A program made the translations under genes and the position numbers. The notes under the pieces were generated by a model. It saw only the letters and a program-made list of their open reading frames with translations. It was not told where the DNA came from and did not search any database. Shown piece by piece: positions 27,501-42,500 of a stretch of DNA of 64,000 bases (position 1 is its first letter; each line of letters opens with the position of its first letter). Location of the stretch: the NCBI GenBank assembly GCA_051294905.1, contig CM119371.1:21268001-21332000 (forward strand), given 5' to 3'. The DNA is from Botryllus schlosseri (taxonomy: Eukaryota).

Positions 27501-30500
27501 GACCGACAAATGGGTATACAAACTGGGATCACCAGCGAGTTGACTAATAAAAAAAGGTGAACTTTTCGTCTCGACCTCGAAATTACACTTTTACAGCTAA
27601 ACTTTCGTGAGTTGACTAAAAAAGTCGTTTCTCCAACTTGACTCAAATCAGGACCGTAACAGCACTTCGCCAAACCCCGGTTGGTGATCTTGGGCCCCAT
27701 AGGATGATAAACCAACCCCCAGAACCCCCTCAGCCAGTGAGCTTATTGTCGCTACATATCAGCTATACCCTATTCCATGTACTGTTTGGTGAGTCACGGT
27801 ATTTCGCCAAACACGCGAAGCGCGACGAATTTATAAAATTCATGTTTGAATCGGTCAATATGGTCGGGAAGTGCATATATATTGCTATCACTTTTTATCC
27901 TACCTCTGCCCGCGTAATCAGATTTACCGGTAGACCTTAGTGTGGTGTGTTGGAACAGGTAGGACCCCTAAATAATAATCATGCATGTTCAGTCAGACCC
28001 GATATTACATTCACTTCGTTGCAAGATGCTTTTTCGCGACCTATATCTGCTATGGCAAAATATATGGAAATTATTTCAAATTGGATTTCTTTGCTGGCAA
28101 ATAATTTTTCTCTGCTGGTCGGCATTTTATCCTGTAGAGTTCAGGTCGCCGGGACAGGAACATTCGACGCCAGCCATTGAGGTGCCTATGGACAATTAAA
28201 CATTTATATTTTTATATATCGAAGTTTTCGGTCAGCACGAGGGCATTCCTTCCCGGCCAAGGTCTTCTCGCTGCTGATCGTTCTGGCATATACTTCTCGG
28301 AGTCGTATGTTACATGGCCTATGACTTCATATGCCTTAGTATGTCGTGACGCAGTAATGGCTAACGCCGAAGTCTCCATTTCCCAAAATCATGCGTATTT
28401 TTGTTGGGGATGGGTACCCCAAAATCAAGATACATGACAAAAATATTTCGCGAAAAATTTTTGAAAACGTTGCATGAATTTTAAAAAAATACTTTATAAT
28501 ATATGTTAATTCACGAAATAATTTTGGACTCCCTTCGTGTTCGCAGTTACGGTCCTGACTCCATGTAGCCGTTTTAACGCGCCATCGCCCCCCTTCGTTG
28601 TTTTCGCCCCCTTCGTCCGTTTTCGCCCCCTATCGCCCCCTCGGGTATTTTTGCCCCCTTTGACCGCAAAATTGCCCCTGGGGGCGATATCGCCCACGTT
28701 GGAAACCACTGCTCTAGCGTGAATAGAAATGAGAGTAAAATAAATCACAGAACTTGTTTTTGGAAAATCTATGAACCCTTTATGCGAACTGCGGTGAATT
28801 TATGGCTACGGCCCGCGTTGTAATATCAATCTCAAATTGTATTGTTTTATCTCCGTAGCAAAGTGATCGAATCAAACGTATACTCACACATATGAAATCT
28901 CATTGTTCATATATATCGTTTTTTTTTCTTCTTTCAGACACATAGTCGATTCACATCATTGTATATTCACATATCCCATTTTACTTACAATCAATATGTA
29001 CTTTAGAGCATCGATGGTCCTTCCTTGGACGAGTTGCATGGATCCTGTCAGCGACTAGCAGAAAAAATGCTGGATAGGTACTGTAATAAGGCAAGAATGG
29101 ATGGAGTGAGTCAGGATGGACTGGCCCAGCTAATAGCATACAAGGAGAAACTGAGAGAAAAGATGGAAAGTGCAATATCACAGAAGATCTCCGAATGGTC
29201 CGGGAAAGAACAGGTTTAAAACGCTTTATATTTTACCTGCCTTTCACTCATATTTATAGCAAATAGAAGGCTTCAATTATATACGATTGTACTTGGGTAC
29301 ATGTGGATCAAAAGTCCGTATTTAATATGAAGATGAAGTAAAACCGAAATTCATATTCTAGGAAATCATGTAGGTATCGTGACAGTTTTGTTATTTGGAA
29401 GTCAAACATCATTACGTACCGCACCGAGTCCACAGTTCTTATGTTATACCATCTTGCAATTAGGCAAAACACTTATTGGTGGAATAAATATATCTTCATG
29501 ATGTAGAAATGACCTCCGCTGCACTGTGGATAATTCACATAAATTATGGTTAACTCATTTACTTTATCCTACACGTGTATTTGCATAATATCATCGATGC
29601 TAAAAAGAATTTTTGTTTTTTCCCCGGAGTCGAGAAAATATTTAGTGACAGATCGTAGTCATTGTGGCACTATCTTTTTTCCAGACATCACAATAAATTG
29701 GGATTATATGGCGTAAATGAAATCTTTGTGTGAAATTTTTCTCCTTGTCATTCGTAACTTTATATATCGGTATTGCTTCCTTTCTTGTCGAGTCCTGCCA
29801 CGATCGTGACATCCCATTCACGACTTATAACATCTTGGTCCAGCTTGATCTCTTAATCCCTGTGGCCGAATTTTGTGTTATCATCTCCTTTAAATTTTGA
29901 TTCGTTTAGCTGAAGTTGAATTATTTTTCATAGTAACTTATACCAGAAGGTAATTACAGACTTTGGCGAACCAAACCCTTACGGGAGAAAAGCACCACTA
30001 ATGCTTTTTACAATAGCTGACTACTGCTAATAATAATATAGGAATTGCCACAGCGTATCACCAAACAGCATTTCGATTTACCTCATCCAAATTCAGGCCG
30101 AATACCCTTACTGCCGCAACCCTAGCAAATCTCCTTGGCATAAGAACGGTCCTAGAATATATTGTACTGGTTTGTTTCCGGATGAAAACTTCTGAGGCTA
30201 TTCCACCACATCGCCGTAGATTGCATTGTGCTGATGTAATCACTGGCATGTGTGGGGTTTCGCAGGCATCCGTGTCCACCAGGCCTTTATAGACAATATT
30301 CAGCACGCAGGAACTTTTACCAATAATACCCACAAAATACATAATATTGTTTTACATTTTTAGAAAACACGGTTTGAAATAAAAGCTTGAAAATTTGATA
30401 TTTATCGACAGTTCAAAAGCTTTTTCCGGTCACTAGCAAGCGACTAAAATCGAGTGGTAGCCCATAGCAGTGTTCAGATCAAAAATGGAGCGATTTGAAT

Positions 30501-33500
30501 ATTTTTCTTCTCTCATTTTCAATTATCTGTCTTATGTTTCCGCTTTAAAGGTAAAACATGAACGAAGACGTGTCGAAAATATATTCGATGAGGCATACGA
30601 CGAATTCACCGGAGAACTAATGGTGAGTGGTTATAGTGTGTAAATTAGGCACAGTACATCCATTGACTAGAGTGTTATAGCGCAGTGGTTTCCGAACTTT
30701 TCAATAAAATTCACGAAACGGTCCCTTGGAAACATTGTTAAATGACCGACCCTTACCAAATCAACAAAAAACAACACGCCTAAAATTATCGTGTCAATGT
30801 AATGCGTATACAGCTTTTGCGACCAGCTTGGCTATGTATCACATTCAAACCCTGTGGACGCTTGTCTTGGCCTTCATTCGGTGATCAACCTAACATCTGT
30901 GCCATGCAGCCTTCAGGCCCTTCTTACGGCTACGGCTATTTTCATCACTTACCCTCCATACATCCGAGACGAACAAGAAGATCGAGTCGAAATGGCTACA
31001 AACCATTGGTTTAATATCAGTGTGCAGTTATTTTGTAGTCGCGCTGAGTTCGAAATTCTTAGAGTATATCATGCAATTTGTCAATAAACTTGGTCTTCAA
31101 TTACGTATTGATCATCTCTGGTGCGCTTGATCAGACTTACCGGTTAATCATATTGATGTGTTTATGTCTGACAATTAGGACGTCACAAGATTTTTGCTGT
31201 GTTTAATTCAGTCAGCTCGTATAATTACTTTGATGAAGCATATTGATATTCCATTGTATGGTAATTATTGTTGCTACTCGGAAGATTTTGCAATCGCCTA
31301 CATTTACAAGATATACAGACAAAATCCTTTTCAACTTGCATTTTACCACGGGGAGCAGTATTGTCCTCCAAGGGTTGTATTTGTACCGCGCGGGGACATA
31401 TTGCAATGACTTGACTATATCCAGGGCCGTTTATGTCGGTGCTTTGACATATCCATATCGACTGCTTGACAAACATGCAGTGATCATCTTGGGCCTGAAT
31501 TTTGTCATCACTGTTTTTCTTATCTGGCAGTGACTTCGTGGGGTAGCATGTTTAGCCAAACATTCATATGTATTGGCGTGTCCTGGTTCGGGAATGGTCT
31601 GCGCTGAAATACCGATAATGCACGCGCAGGTTGCACTTCTACACGAAACTATCACAATGGCCTCAAGCAATGTTCCCTCTAATTTTTGACGAGTCTGCGC
31701 ACTAGGGCTCTTCAAAAATGACTTTTTTTCTCAAATCCTACTGGCTTCTTGTTAAAATTGTTAGGTTACCTAATTTAAGCCTACACACAAAATGTGGTTC
31801 AATTCCAGTCAGTAATCGCTTTGCTACAGGAGAAGAAAGTTTATATTTATTATATAAAAATAAACAATAACAAATTTGAAAATTTTCTGTTCACTCCATG
31901 AAAGTGTTAGGCTGTCTATAGAAACGATGCTCACCAAATTTGGTTCAATTCCAACCAGTGGAAGCGGAGATATTACCGTCGAAAAATTTGGATTTGAATA
32001 AAATAGTATTTACGGTGACCGATTCTTTGTTTATTTATTATAGTTGTGCTCACCGTAAATACTATTTTACTCGAATCCAAATTTTTCGACGGCAATAACT
32101 CCGCATCCACTGGTTGGAATTGAACCAAATTTGGTGAGGATCGTTTCTATAGACAGCCTAACACTTTCATGGGACGAACAGAAAATTTTTAAATTTTTTA
32201 TTATTTATTTTTATATAATAATTGGAAACTTTCTTCTCCTGTAGCAAAGCGGTTACTTGCTAGAATTGAACCAAATTTTGTGTGTAGGCTTAAATTAGGT
32301 AACCTGACAATTTCATCAAGTAGCCAGTACGATTTGAGTAAAAAAGTCATTTTTGAAGAGCCCTACTGCACACGCTCACCAACTCACTGCGCAGACCCTT
32401 GGAAAACAGTGCGTAACGACCAAAAAAAGGTCACAACTTCGGATTCTTTGTGCGCAACTTAGATTTTCTGTGCGCAGAGACCGTGAATGCACTGCGCATT
32501 TGCGCACGTGCGCAGGTTAGAGGGAACATTGGCCTCAAGCGATACTCCAGTAATTGTGGATCTATTGTGACATATTTCTGTGTATGTGTGTGTGAGCGCA
32601 AATAAAATAAAGAAATTTAGCGATACAAAATCAAACGAAGCGCGACTATATTATTTCAATTTTTTATCGTTGGTAATGGCCTGACCCATATTTGATATAC
32701 TGAGCGATTCGAGAGTAGGATATTTAGTCATGTGTTGATCCTGGCAGACGGGCACAATCAGGAGAATCTTTTGTTGAAAGCGCAAACCCATTATAACAAA
32801 TTTTGTCGGATATAGCTCGGCACTATTTCCGTCTGTCTATTGCCAACGTTTATGACATATAGATTCTCCTGTCCTAATTACAGTGTACATGAACATGTAT
32901 TGCAGACCGTTGAAGGTGAGACCGAAGAAGTGGTGCTGGAATTGTGCAAGAACTTGAGAGAAAAAACTCTTCAAAGGGTTGCGGCCAATGTGTCGAAGGA
33001 AGAAATTGAAGAAAATAAAACACTTCTGTCTCTTCAAAAAAAACTACTGGTGATTAGCATAGACGATGACACTAGAAAGAAGATTACGGAATGGAGGAGA
33101 GTACGGGCAGAAATGGTAAAATACATTGCGCTCATATTGAAATCATGACGCTTTTACAAACATACATAGAATTGTCGATAAATATCTCGACGGCAAAAAA
33201 GGGATGAGATCTACACAAGGCATTTAGAAAAATGTATTTTTACGTCAATGCAAACCAGGAGTCTCAAACATACGGCCCGTGGGAGGCATCTAAGCCATTT
33301 GACTAGTGGTTCCCAAAATTGTTCGTCTCGTGGACACATTGGCCAATATTTGAGCTAAAATTCCCCCCTAGGAAAAAGTTGCCTAGCTGCGACTAAAAAA
33401 AGGTGCTTTTTAACGCACAACCTTTTGTTGACTGAGCAAGATATGGCCAAACATATTCAGATATTTCCGGACTATGTCGAATGCGAACCGCCCTGCACTT

Positions 33501-36500
33501 TGGTAAAGTACATCTAAGTTTACCGGTCAGGTAGCCGCCGACGAAAAATAAATCACCAAGTCGGCTTGATATGACCTTGAGATGAATCGATGAATTCGGT
33601 ATGTTTTACACGTTAGCTCATATGTTGACTTGAAAAGGAAAACATTTTCCTCTGCGGCTTTGTGCTGAATTCGGCTTTGTTTGGTTTTGTAGTATTCATA
33701 TGGTGTTTGTCGACTACTATGATCATTTAAACCAGGTCGATATTCTTCATTATTTTCCGTAACTGCCGACCTATAGCACGGTCCACCTCTAGGCGTTTTG
33801 TAAGACACCTCTTACGCGGATGAGGTGGCGAGGAGGAGCCTAGATAAACCTCCAACACTTAGGTATCGGAATTCTGAAGTCGACCTCGGTTTGACTTTCC
33901 TGTTTAGCAGCAATTTGGTCAAGAGGCTGTCACGATCCAACGAAATCGTCTCGCGAGCCTAACTTTATCAGGTGGTGTAATTTCTACGGAAGGCATTTAA
34001 AAAATACACTTAGCTTAGAATCCACCACAAAAATTGCAATTGTAAAGAACTAGTTTCATACTTAACAGTTCTACAATAAGAGTCTAAAAACCTTGCCAAC
34101 CCAGTGTATCTTCCGATACAACCCTAAAGCCAGATTCCCCCTAACAAATTCAAAATTCCCCTGAAGTGGGGAATTCCTCTGGTTGGTAACCAATGCGCTA
34201 GACGACGTTTTGGTTCTGCAAAATAATTGCAAGGAAATTTTAAAAATGCCAGTGTTACCCTATACATTTATATAAAATGTTGAAATTTAATAAGCCATAC
34301 TCCACGAAAATAATCCCCCATGACAGAAATGCTCAATATCTTCATTCTTCATGTACCACATCATAAACATTCCAGCAGTGATGAGCGGATTTTGATTTCT
34401 GAGAATCCAAACCCATCTGACAGCTCCAGTCTCTGGGGAACTAGCCTTCCTAATCCGCACAATCTTATCAAAATATCAATGCAAATCCCAAAAATCCGAA
34501 TATAATAACTTTCCCGAAGAATCCCAATTTTTCAGCTCAGCTGAGATACATTTAGGGTGTAGCCTTTACCCCGTTACAAAGGCTAAGCCTAGAATTGGCT
34601 GATTTATATATGCCTGGGCATTTGACAGACCACATTTAGAATACTACAAATCTGTCACAGGGGGTACCTAGGGTTATGAATAGAAAATATTCCAAATTTT
34701 GTGTGTCCTGTAGTCACAAACGATAAACTTTCGTGTCCTGATTACAAAATTAACAAACGTTTAGACTGGTTAAACAAAAAAAAAACGCACAAAATTTTTC
34801 CAGTTTTCACTGTTTGAAGGATAGGCATTTTTGTAGATACAGACTATATCAGTGCTTTTCAACCTTTTTGAGCTCCATTCGCACTTTATTTTGAAAAATA
34901 ATTTCATTCCCACCAGTCATCCGAAATTTAGTACACCAAAAGAAAATGAAGACACTTCTCACTTTTGTATTCGAAGAGCTTCTTGGAGATACAGAGCTTA
35001 TTTTGCATTCAGCCCATCGTATTATTGATTAATCATAATCAAGCACTAAAATCACCGCAGTAGAAAAGTCACAGATATCGCACTCCCGTTGTTCTCAAGA
35101 AGTTCGTTGCATTTTCCGGGGGTATCGTGCAGTTTAAAGGGCGAACCCAAGAGCAATATTCAATCGCTACAATATCACTTTGCCACTCAATCCACATGTT
35201 ACGTCATCGCGATGTGAATATGTTCGCATTTAGAACGCACAAAATAGTGAAACTGCATTTGAATCGTAGCATCAATGTTGCGACTAGCACCTTTGGTTCA
35301 TTTTTCTGACAACATTCGAAAAGATGCTTCGCGTACTAAGGTATGCTAGCCGATTGTATTGTACGGTGGGCGTTAAAATCAGGAATGCATTGCTATACAA
35401 ACCCACATAATCCGAGTAATTGATGACTGATGTTTATGGATAAGCTTAGGCTTCATTCACTTCTTATCTATGCAGTACACAAATCAGCATATCTTTCAAT
35501 AACAACGTTCGGCATCCTTCTGTTGTCAAAGCCAACACTTTCACCTTCTTGAATAATTATTACTCACTTAAGATTTATGATTAACACACAGTTATATCGG
35601 GCCGGGTAGCCAACTGCGGGATGACTCTTAGGTCAATCGTACAATATTGGAAAACTGACTGAAATAATGCCAAATTATCTTTACTATCCCACATATCCTT
35701 ATACATAAAGAGTAATAAGGTTCAACAGTCTAATTAAGCTTAAATTAGGCTGCATAAGGAATATCGTAAGACATATACGGCTTGTTGGATTTGATTTTGC
35801 TCTGCAGAGGGTGCTCACTGCTCACTGCTCATCTGCTCAAGCTAAATCGGTAGAGTTCGGAGTATTACAAAGTTTGTAGCACAATGGCGGTACGAACACG
35901 AACTCGGCAAACTTTTCCGTATGGATCGTCAAGCTTAGTGGAATCGCCAATATGTTATATATTGGCCTATGCCTTTACGATCTAGACTTGGCCTGAGATC
36001 ATCAGTCCAAGAACAGGAAAGCTTACCTTAAGCCTGAATTGTGGAGTTCGCATAACAAACAGGCCATTGCACTGGTCAGTATATAAACTGCCCAGTGACT
36101 TACTAATTCGATGTGATGCAAGATAAGTATTCATTGGACGTAGGACCCTAATGTGCTTACACTAATTTTATTTTTAACAGCCTCTAATCCTTGGTTAGGT
36201 ACACGAGTAAACAACACTTGTTATAGATCTAATGTGTTAATTGTTATAGTTGAAGAAACGCTAAATCCTGCTGTTAACCAAAATGAATGCGTGCCAAAAT
36301 TCAAATATTTTGCATTAAAATATGCCAAATGTCAACACTGGCATCAGCTACTATTACCTATATTCATACAAGGTCCGTATACAATATCCATTATCCATAC
36401 TAGAGCCCGACCTATTATCGGTTCGCCGATAATATCGAGTCGATATCGCACTTTGAAAGAGTTATCGGTATCGGCCATTGGAGGTGAAAATATATCGGCA

Positions 36501-39500
36501 ATTTTCGTGACGTCACATGGTGGTAGGAAGTCAGAAAACTATAATCCTTGACCGCTAGACTGGGAATATTGCTGTATTTTATATAGCTTACACTTTCAAT
36601 ATGTTCAGATACAGCCTTTCTAGTTTATTTCATATTGAAGTATGTCAATGACTGTAGAGCTGTTGAAAATGCGCCTTTTGAGGTAGATTCCACCTTATTT
36701 GAATTTCGGCTGAATATATCGGTGTTATCGGTGAAAGTGTTAGATATCGGTTTTATCGGTATCGGCGCAAAAATCCAATATCGGTCGGGCTCTAATCCAT
36801 ACACGTTGGATGTTTCCGAGCAAGTGAGCAACTGATACCGATTCTACTCCTTATTTCCATGCAGTGACGTAATTCTCTCGCGCGGAAATATTATTTCAGA
36901 CTTTGCAATATACAGTACACGCATAGGGAGCGTTCGTCACTCGTGAACTAGAAAAGCCTAGCTACCAACAAGTTTTTAGAATTGCTTCGAAGTTTAAGGG
37001 CTCACTGTACTTAATATCGTGTTAAGTTTATTTGAATTTCACGTCGGAAAAAATGAGAAGCATGGCAAATTTCATTCGCACTCATCCGGATTTTTCATTC
37101 GCACCATTCGCACCACGCTCGTCATTCGCACTGAAATTTTTTTCATTCGCACTAGTGCGAACCGTCACACAGGTTGAAAAGCACTGGACTATATAATACA
37201 TATGCCGACTGATTGGAACTGACACAATTCCTATTGCAAAAACTTGAAATAGTATTTTGGTAAATTACACTGGTCAACACATATTTTTAGGCAGACAAAG
37301 TAAGAGTGGTTTTGGGGGTTCTGAAGGCACTGATTCCGAATATGACCTTAGTTTTTTTCAAATTGGCTCTTGTTGTGGGGATAACCCATGGCGCTATTTT
37401 GAACAAAATCCCTCATTTACACGGTAGTGACTAGATATAAAATCAGCTCAGTCGTACTATAAAGTTTAGAAAATCAATCTACTTGTTATTTTTACACGCA
37501 GAAGACTCTTTTAAATCAAAATACAGCAACAGCACTATATTTAAGGGTAATAGATATATCATAGTTACAGATTTTCACGGATATCATGTACATAAATATA
37601 CTCCAGTCATGTACATAAGTATTTACCTAGATACTCAACTAACGTGGCATTGATTCAATCAGTTTTACGTCAACCACCTAATGTAAATTTGAAATAATCA
37701 GTTGGAATATAATATTATTGGTATATTTTAAATCAAATTTTTTTTTTTTTGTAAGATTTTCGCCGGTAAGCTATTTAATGCAGTTTCTTGAAAGGTTCCG
37801 GCAATGGTCTGACATATTATGTTCGATTGTTCATCTCATCTGCTCTTATATCTCTCTTTTGTTGTTCTGATGTCTTGGTAGAGCCTCTCCCATTGATAAT
37901 CAACAAGATGATCAGGAAATATATCAAGAGTTCTGAACAGGAAGAGAACTTTTATGCTCATATTTGTGCTCAAGTGTTCGATATGCAGATACGAATTTTC
38001 GGACCAGTTGTTTGTGGTTGGGTGCATTATGATCATCTAAAAAGTTTTATTTACTACATCTCAAGAGAAATTACAGGCAGTGAACTACTTGCTAATGTGA
38101 AACTAGAATCTTCCATCGGTATTCGAATATACCAGATACCAGATTTAAGCTTCTCGTTTGATAGGGCTACTAGGTATATCCATTTTGTTGACTCAGTGGA
38201 AAATTATCCATTTACCAATAATAAAAGGAAGTTGACAGTTTGACAAACATGCAGTGATCATCTTGGGCCTGAAATTAAGCCTTCCAAGGAAAAATTTTAT
38301 AGTTTTATACTTCTCTTTAATCTAGGTAGAATGACCGTTTGGTACAGGAGCATATGAATTTCCGTTGTGCAAAAGTACAATTTTCATGCTTGACAAACTG
38401 CTTTTTGACAAACAAATATTTCACATCATGTCATGTTAATACTGATAGAATGACTGAGAATGACATGAGGGCTCTTCATAGTCAATTAGTTATTTATTGG
38501 CAGTATAAAATTTGCAAAAATACGATTTACTTTCTACCAAATGAAATATTTAAGGGTAAATACATTAATTTTGGGCTTTTTAGGGGTATAAATATCTTCT
38601 GACAAAGAGCCAATCTGACAAAACTAATGTGATATTCGTAATCAGCAACCTTAAAAACCCTAAGAACGGCTCTCAGATGTCCTGCCAATTTTTTTTTTCA
38701 TTTTGTTGACCAGTGTTATGATTGCACAGATTGAATTAATCCGATCGTTTTTTTGCTTACAGTCAAAATTAAATAATTAATAAATGATTAATAATTTCAA
38801 TTTACATGTAGATTGTATATATATCGTATAATTTCAATTTGTCTGACACTAATCGAACTGGTTGTTCGAAAAGGCGAAAGTATAACAACTCAACATATTT
38901 TCAGCGGTCTAAAAAACCGAGTAGAGGAATTAGAGGAAAATTTGAAAATGTCATATCATATGTGACTCAGCATCTGTTGATACTGGGCGGCGGAATGGTG
39001 TTGTTGTGAAACTGCGAATTGTAATGATGAGCAATAGTTTTAACAAACCACCAATACATTGATTTCCAATATAATTTTATCGATTATTAAAGCATATATC
39101 AGAGTTATTCAATCCAACAGCCTCAACAAATTCAACTCTCAGCTACAAACTTGGAGTTGATATGGCAAAACACTACGAAAACAATTATCCACATCAATCA
39201 TGCTTATTCATCGCAAATGCGTATCAGTAAGCCTGGTATTCTAACCAGACGTCTAAAGATGGAATATACTAGAACCCGGCCGATTATCGGTTCGCCGATA
39301 ATATCGGGACGATATCAATCTTAGAAAGAATTATCCGTATCGGCCAGTGAAGCTGAAAAATTATCGGCAATTTTCGTGGCGTCAGACATAGCGGTATAGG
39401 AAGTCAGAAAACTATAAGCTCTGACTGCTAGACTGAAAATATTGATAAATGACATATAGCTTACAATTAACAGGTGTCCAGACGTAGCTTTTCTAGTTTA

Positions 39501-42500
39501 TTTCATGTTGCACTATAACAATGGCTATAAAGACGTTCAAATAAATGCTATGAAGCTTTGAAAATGTGCTTTAATGTATATCCAATTCCAAGTTCCTTTC
39601 AATATCGGCTGAATGTATTGGGGTTCTCGTCCAAGGCGTTAGATATCGGTTTTATCGGTATCTACCAAAAATCCAATATCGGTCGAGCTGTAGAGTATGC
39701 CAAGAATTATTTGCTGCTATCTTTGCGCTCGAATGTACTGCAGCGATGAAGTGCCTTAGAATCCCATTAAAAGTCGGATATGTCCGTCGTAGATGTCCCT
39801 GGCACTAACATAATAACAGAAAGGAAAGTCAAATTGATTGATGAAATTTACCAGAAGTGCAAAAGGACCAGTGTCGAAAATTGAAGTTAGTTTGTGCGGG
39901 ACATTTTTTTTCGATTTGAACAAAATTATTATAATTTTAATAATTTATACCCACATATTCATTAATTCCTGCTACAGGCAATTTTTTTTCAAGTCATAAC
40001 CCTATGGGTACACTGTCCGTTTTTGTTGTCGAGATGACGATGTACTCTTTTGACTTGAAATTAAAAGTCACGTCTAGTCAACGTTATCCAAAAATATCCG
40101 AATCAAAAACTTTAATCGAATCAGAAAAATCCGATCCGAATCATTTCCGAATCCGCCAATGCTCGTCACTGCATTTCATGACCCTCTTGTGCTTTCATCC
40201 TGTTCTCTACAATGTTAGTAACAAGTAGGCGACATGGGCACTAGACAGCGAATTCCGGTAATGCAATAATGTTCACACTTAGTTCACAGTTCAAAAGAAA
40301 ATGGCCATAAAGATAATTATCTTTTAACAGGGTGGGAACCCCGATGCGAAACCGCATTGTGCAAGTTGCATATAGAATATAGTAGTTACATGGAAAATAT
40401 TATACAACTGATCTCAATGTTGCATAACTTTTAATTCGAAAAGGTCCCAGCCTCGGTAGGAACCAGAATATTGAATAAACAATATTGAACCATGTCACAG
40501 TTACCAATTTAAAATATTTTATCTTTCCCGCAGCGCATACGCTGGGCCGACGTCACATCATGACTAAAATAAAGGGAGCATAACAATATACCAACTTACA
40601 TCATTGTAATCCGCAAGATACAGCCACTGTTTTCACGGTTTATAATCATATCAAGTCGGTCTCTTCTTGTAATTTTGCCACTTTTTCCGATTACTGGTGT
40701 TGCCAATATTAGGCGTTTTGCATTGTCTTGATAATGCAGCATACCAGTGAAAAGAAACGCATTGAGTAGGATGTACCATTTCGGAATCATTTACCTTGTA
40801 CGGCCCACAAGCGATCAAATGTGTGAATGTGGCATGCGATCCTTATTGAATTTGTCACCCATGATATAGACCAGAGGTCTCAAACACGGGGCCCACGGGC
40901 TGCATGCGGCCTGCGAGGACATTTTGTGCGGCCTGCGAGGGCATTTTGGATTTTCAAGTATCAGACAACGTCTTCAACTGTCACATATCCTTTTCGATTT
41001 GAGAACGTAAAGCTTACTCCAAAACTAGTCCAAAAGCTTGGAATCTCACTAAACTCTGCTATTATACATCATTTTCCAAAGGTACCCTGCGGTGGAAGAT
41101 CAGCTAATATGTCACATTTGTAGTTCATGATGATAAAACATGACGCGTTGATGATGTCTTAATCAGAATTGTGATTTCGACTTTGGTGCGACCTTTCGTA
41201 AAATGACACGAATTCGGACCGACTGGTTGATGAAATACAAATGACTAGAATTGAGACGGGTCAAACGTAAAAATCATAAAAGGACCGAGACTCGGAACAC
41301 CGTGACTTGGTACACTGACGCGACTAATTATCATACTATCATGGGAATAATGACATACAAAAAGGCCGTAGCTCGCGTTGCGTAGCGTATATAACTATTT
41401 AATCATCTCAATATGAAAATCTTTGGCATTCTATTGTCACCGTATGTATCGGCAATCACATCCTAGGTGTTCTTTGGTCTCTTTATTCATGTTATTATCG
41501 CCGGTGGCGAGTAATGTAGTGGTCCGCTCCACATACCTGTAGCATCAATGAATTCTTTGACTATTAGACATTTCTATTTCAGGGGTTCTTAACCAGGAGC
41601 CCGTGAACCCGTTTGGGGCACGAGAAATCTTTAGTTAATTATAAAAGATTCAACATGTAACCTAATTGTGGTACGAAAAATATCCGCGAGCGGCGATATA
41701 ATAACGCGACAGCTTTTACGATATCATAATGCATTTGTCCTCTCACGTGGTGTCTATATCTCATTAGTTAAAGAAATATCCAGAATAGAAACAATATTAC
41801 TCAAATATTTCAAAATGTGATTTTTTTTCGCGCCAAGCGTGAATAGTACAGTATTAAATTACATTCTTACGATGTTTTTGGAATGCGTGTCTGCAAAGTC
41901 TCGTCACATATGGTCTACTTGGAAATGATATACATTGAATGCCCCTATTATTGATTCTGCGGCCCACGGCGTCATTTGAAACCAGGAGCACGGCCCGCGA
42001 TGCACACTTAAGTTTGAGACTCCTGATGTACACTCTAGAGTTCATTGTGTGGTGAGATAAATAATCTGCATTGATCGTTCCAACGCTCACAGTCCATTTC
42101 GTAAAATTTCCATGTCGATAGTGTTTTATCGGTGTTCTCTGTAATAATCAAACTAGAGCTGGCTGACTACTATCCGTTAGATATATATTTCCGTGTTAGA
42201 CTAAATATCGGTATCGAACATGACGTTATGCTTTCTAAGGGATTCATAATTCCACAATCTATAGTTCACGAAGTAAGACAACCTTCAGTATTGTGGACTT
42301 GATTTTTGACGACCCACGTAGTTTTATTAGTGGTGGAAATTTAGGAAAGCTGTGACAACCGGTATTACAATTTATATACTTATTGGACTAGGCGCACTAT
42401 ACTTTCTAGCGCAGTTCAAGTGTTACCGTGAGTAAATTACGATGATACTGGATTAGGGCCTATGTTCTAAATTTCTGCCACCAATTAGATGTTAGGGTTA

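Noticed and set aside
38995..39009. C-terminal MVLL* as a CaaX prenylation motif
   Set aside because: No cysteine at -4.
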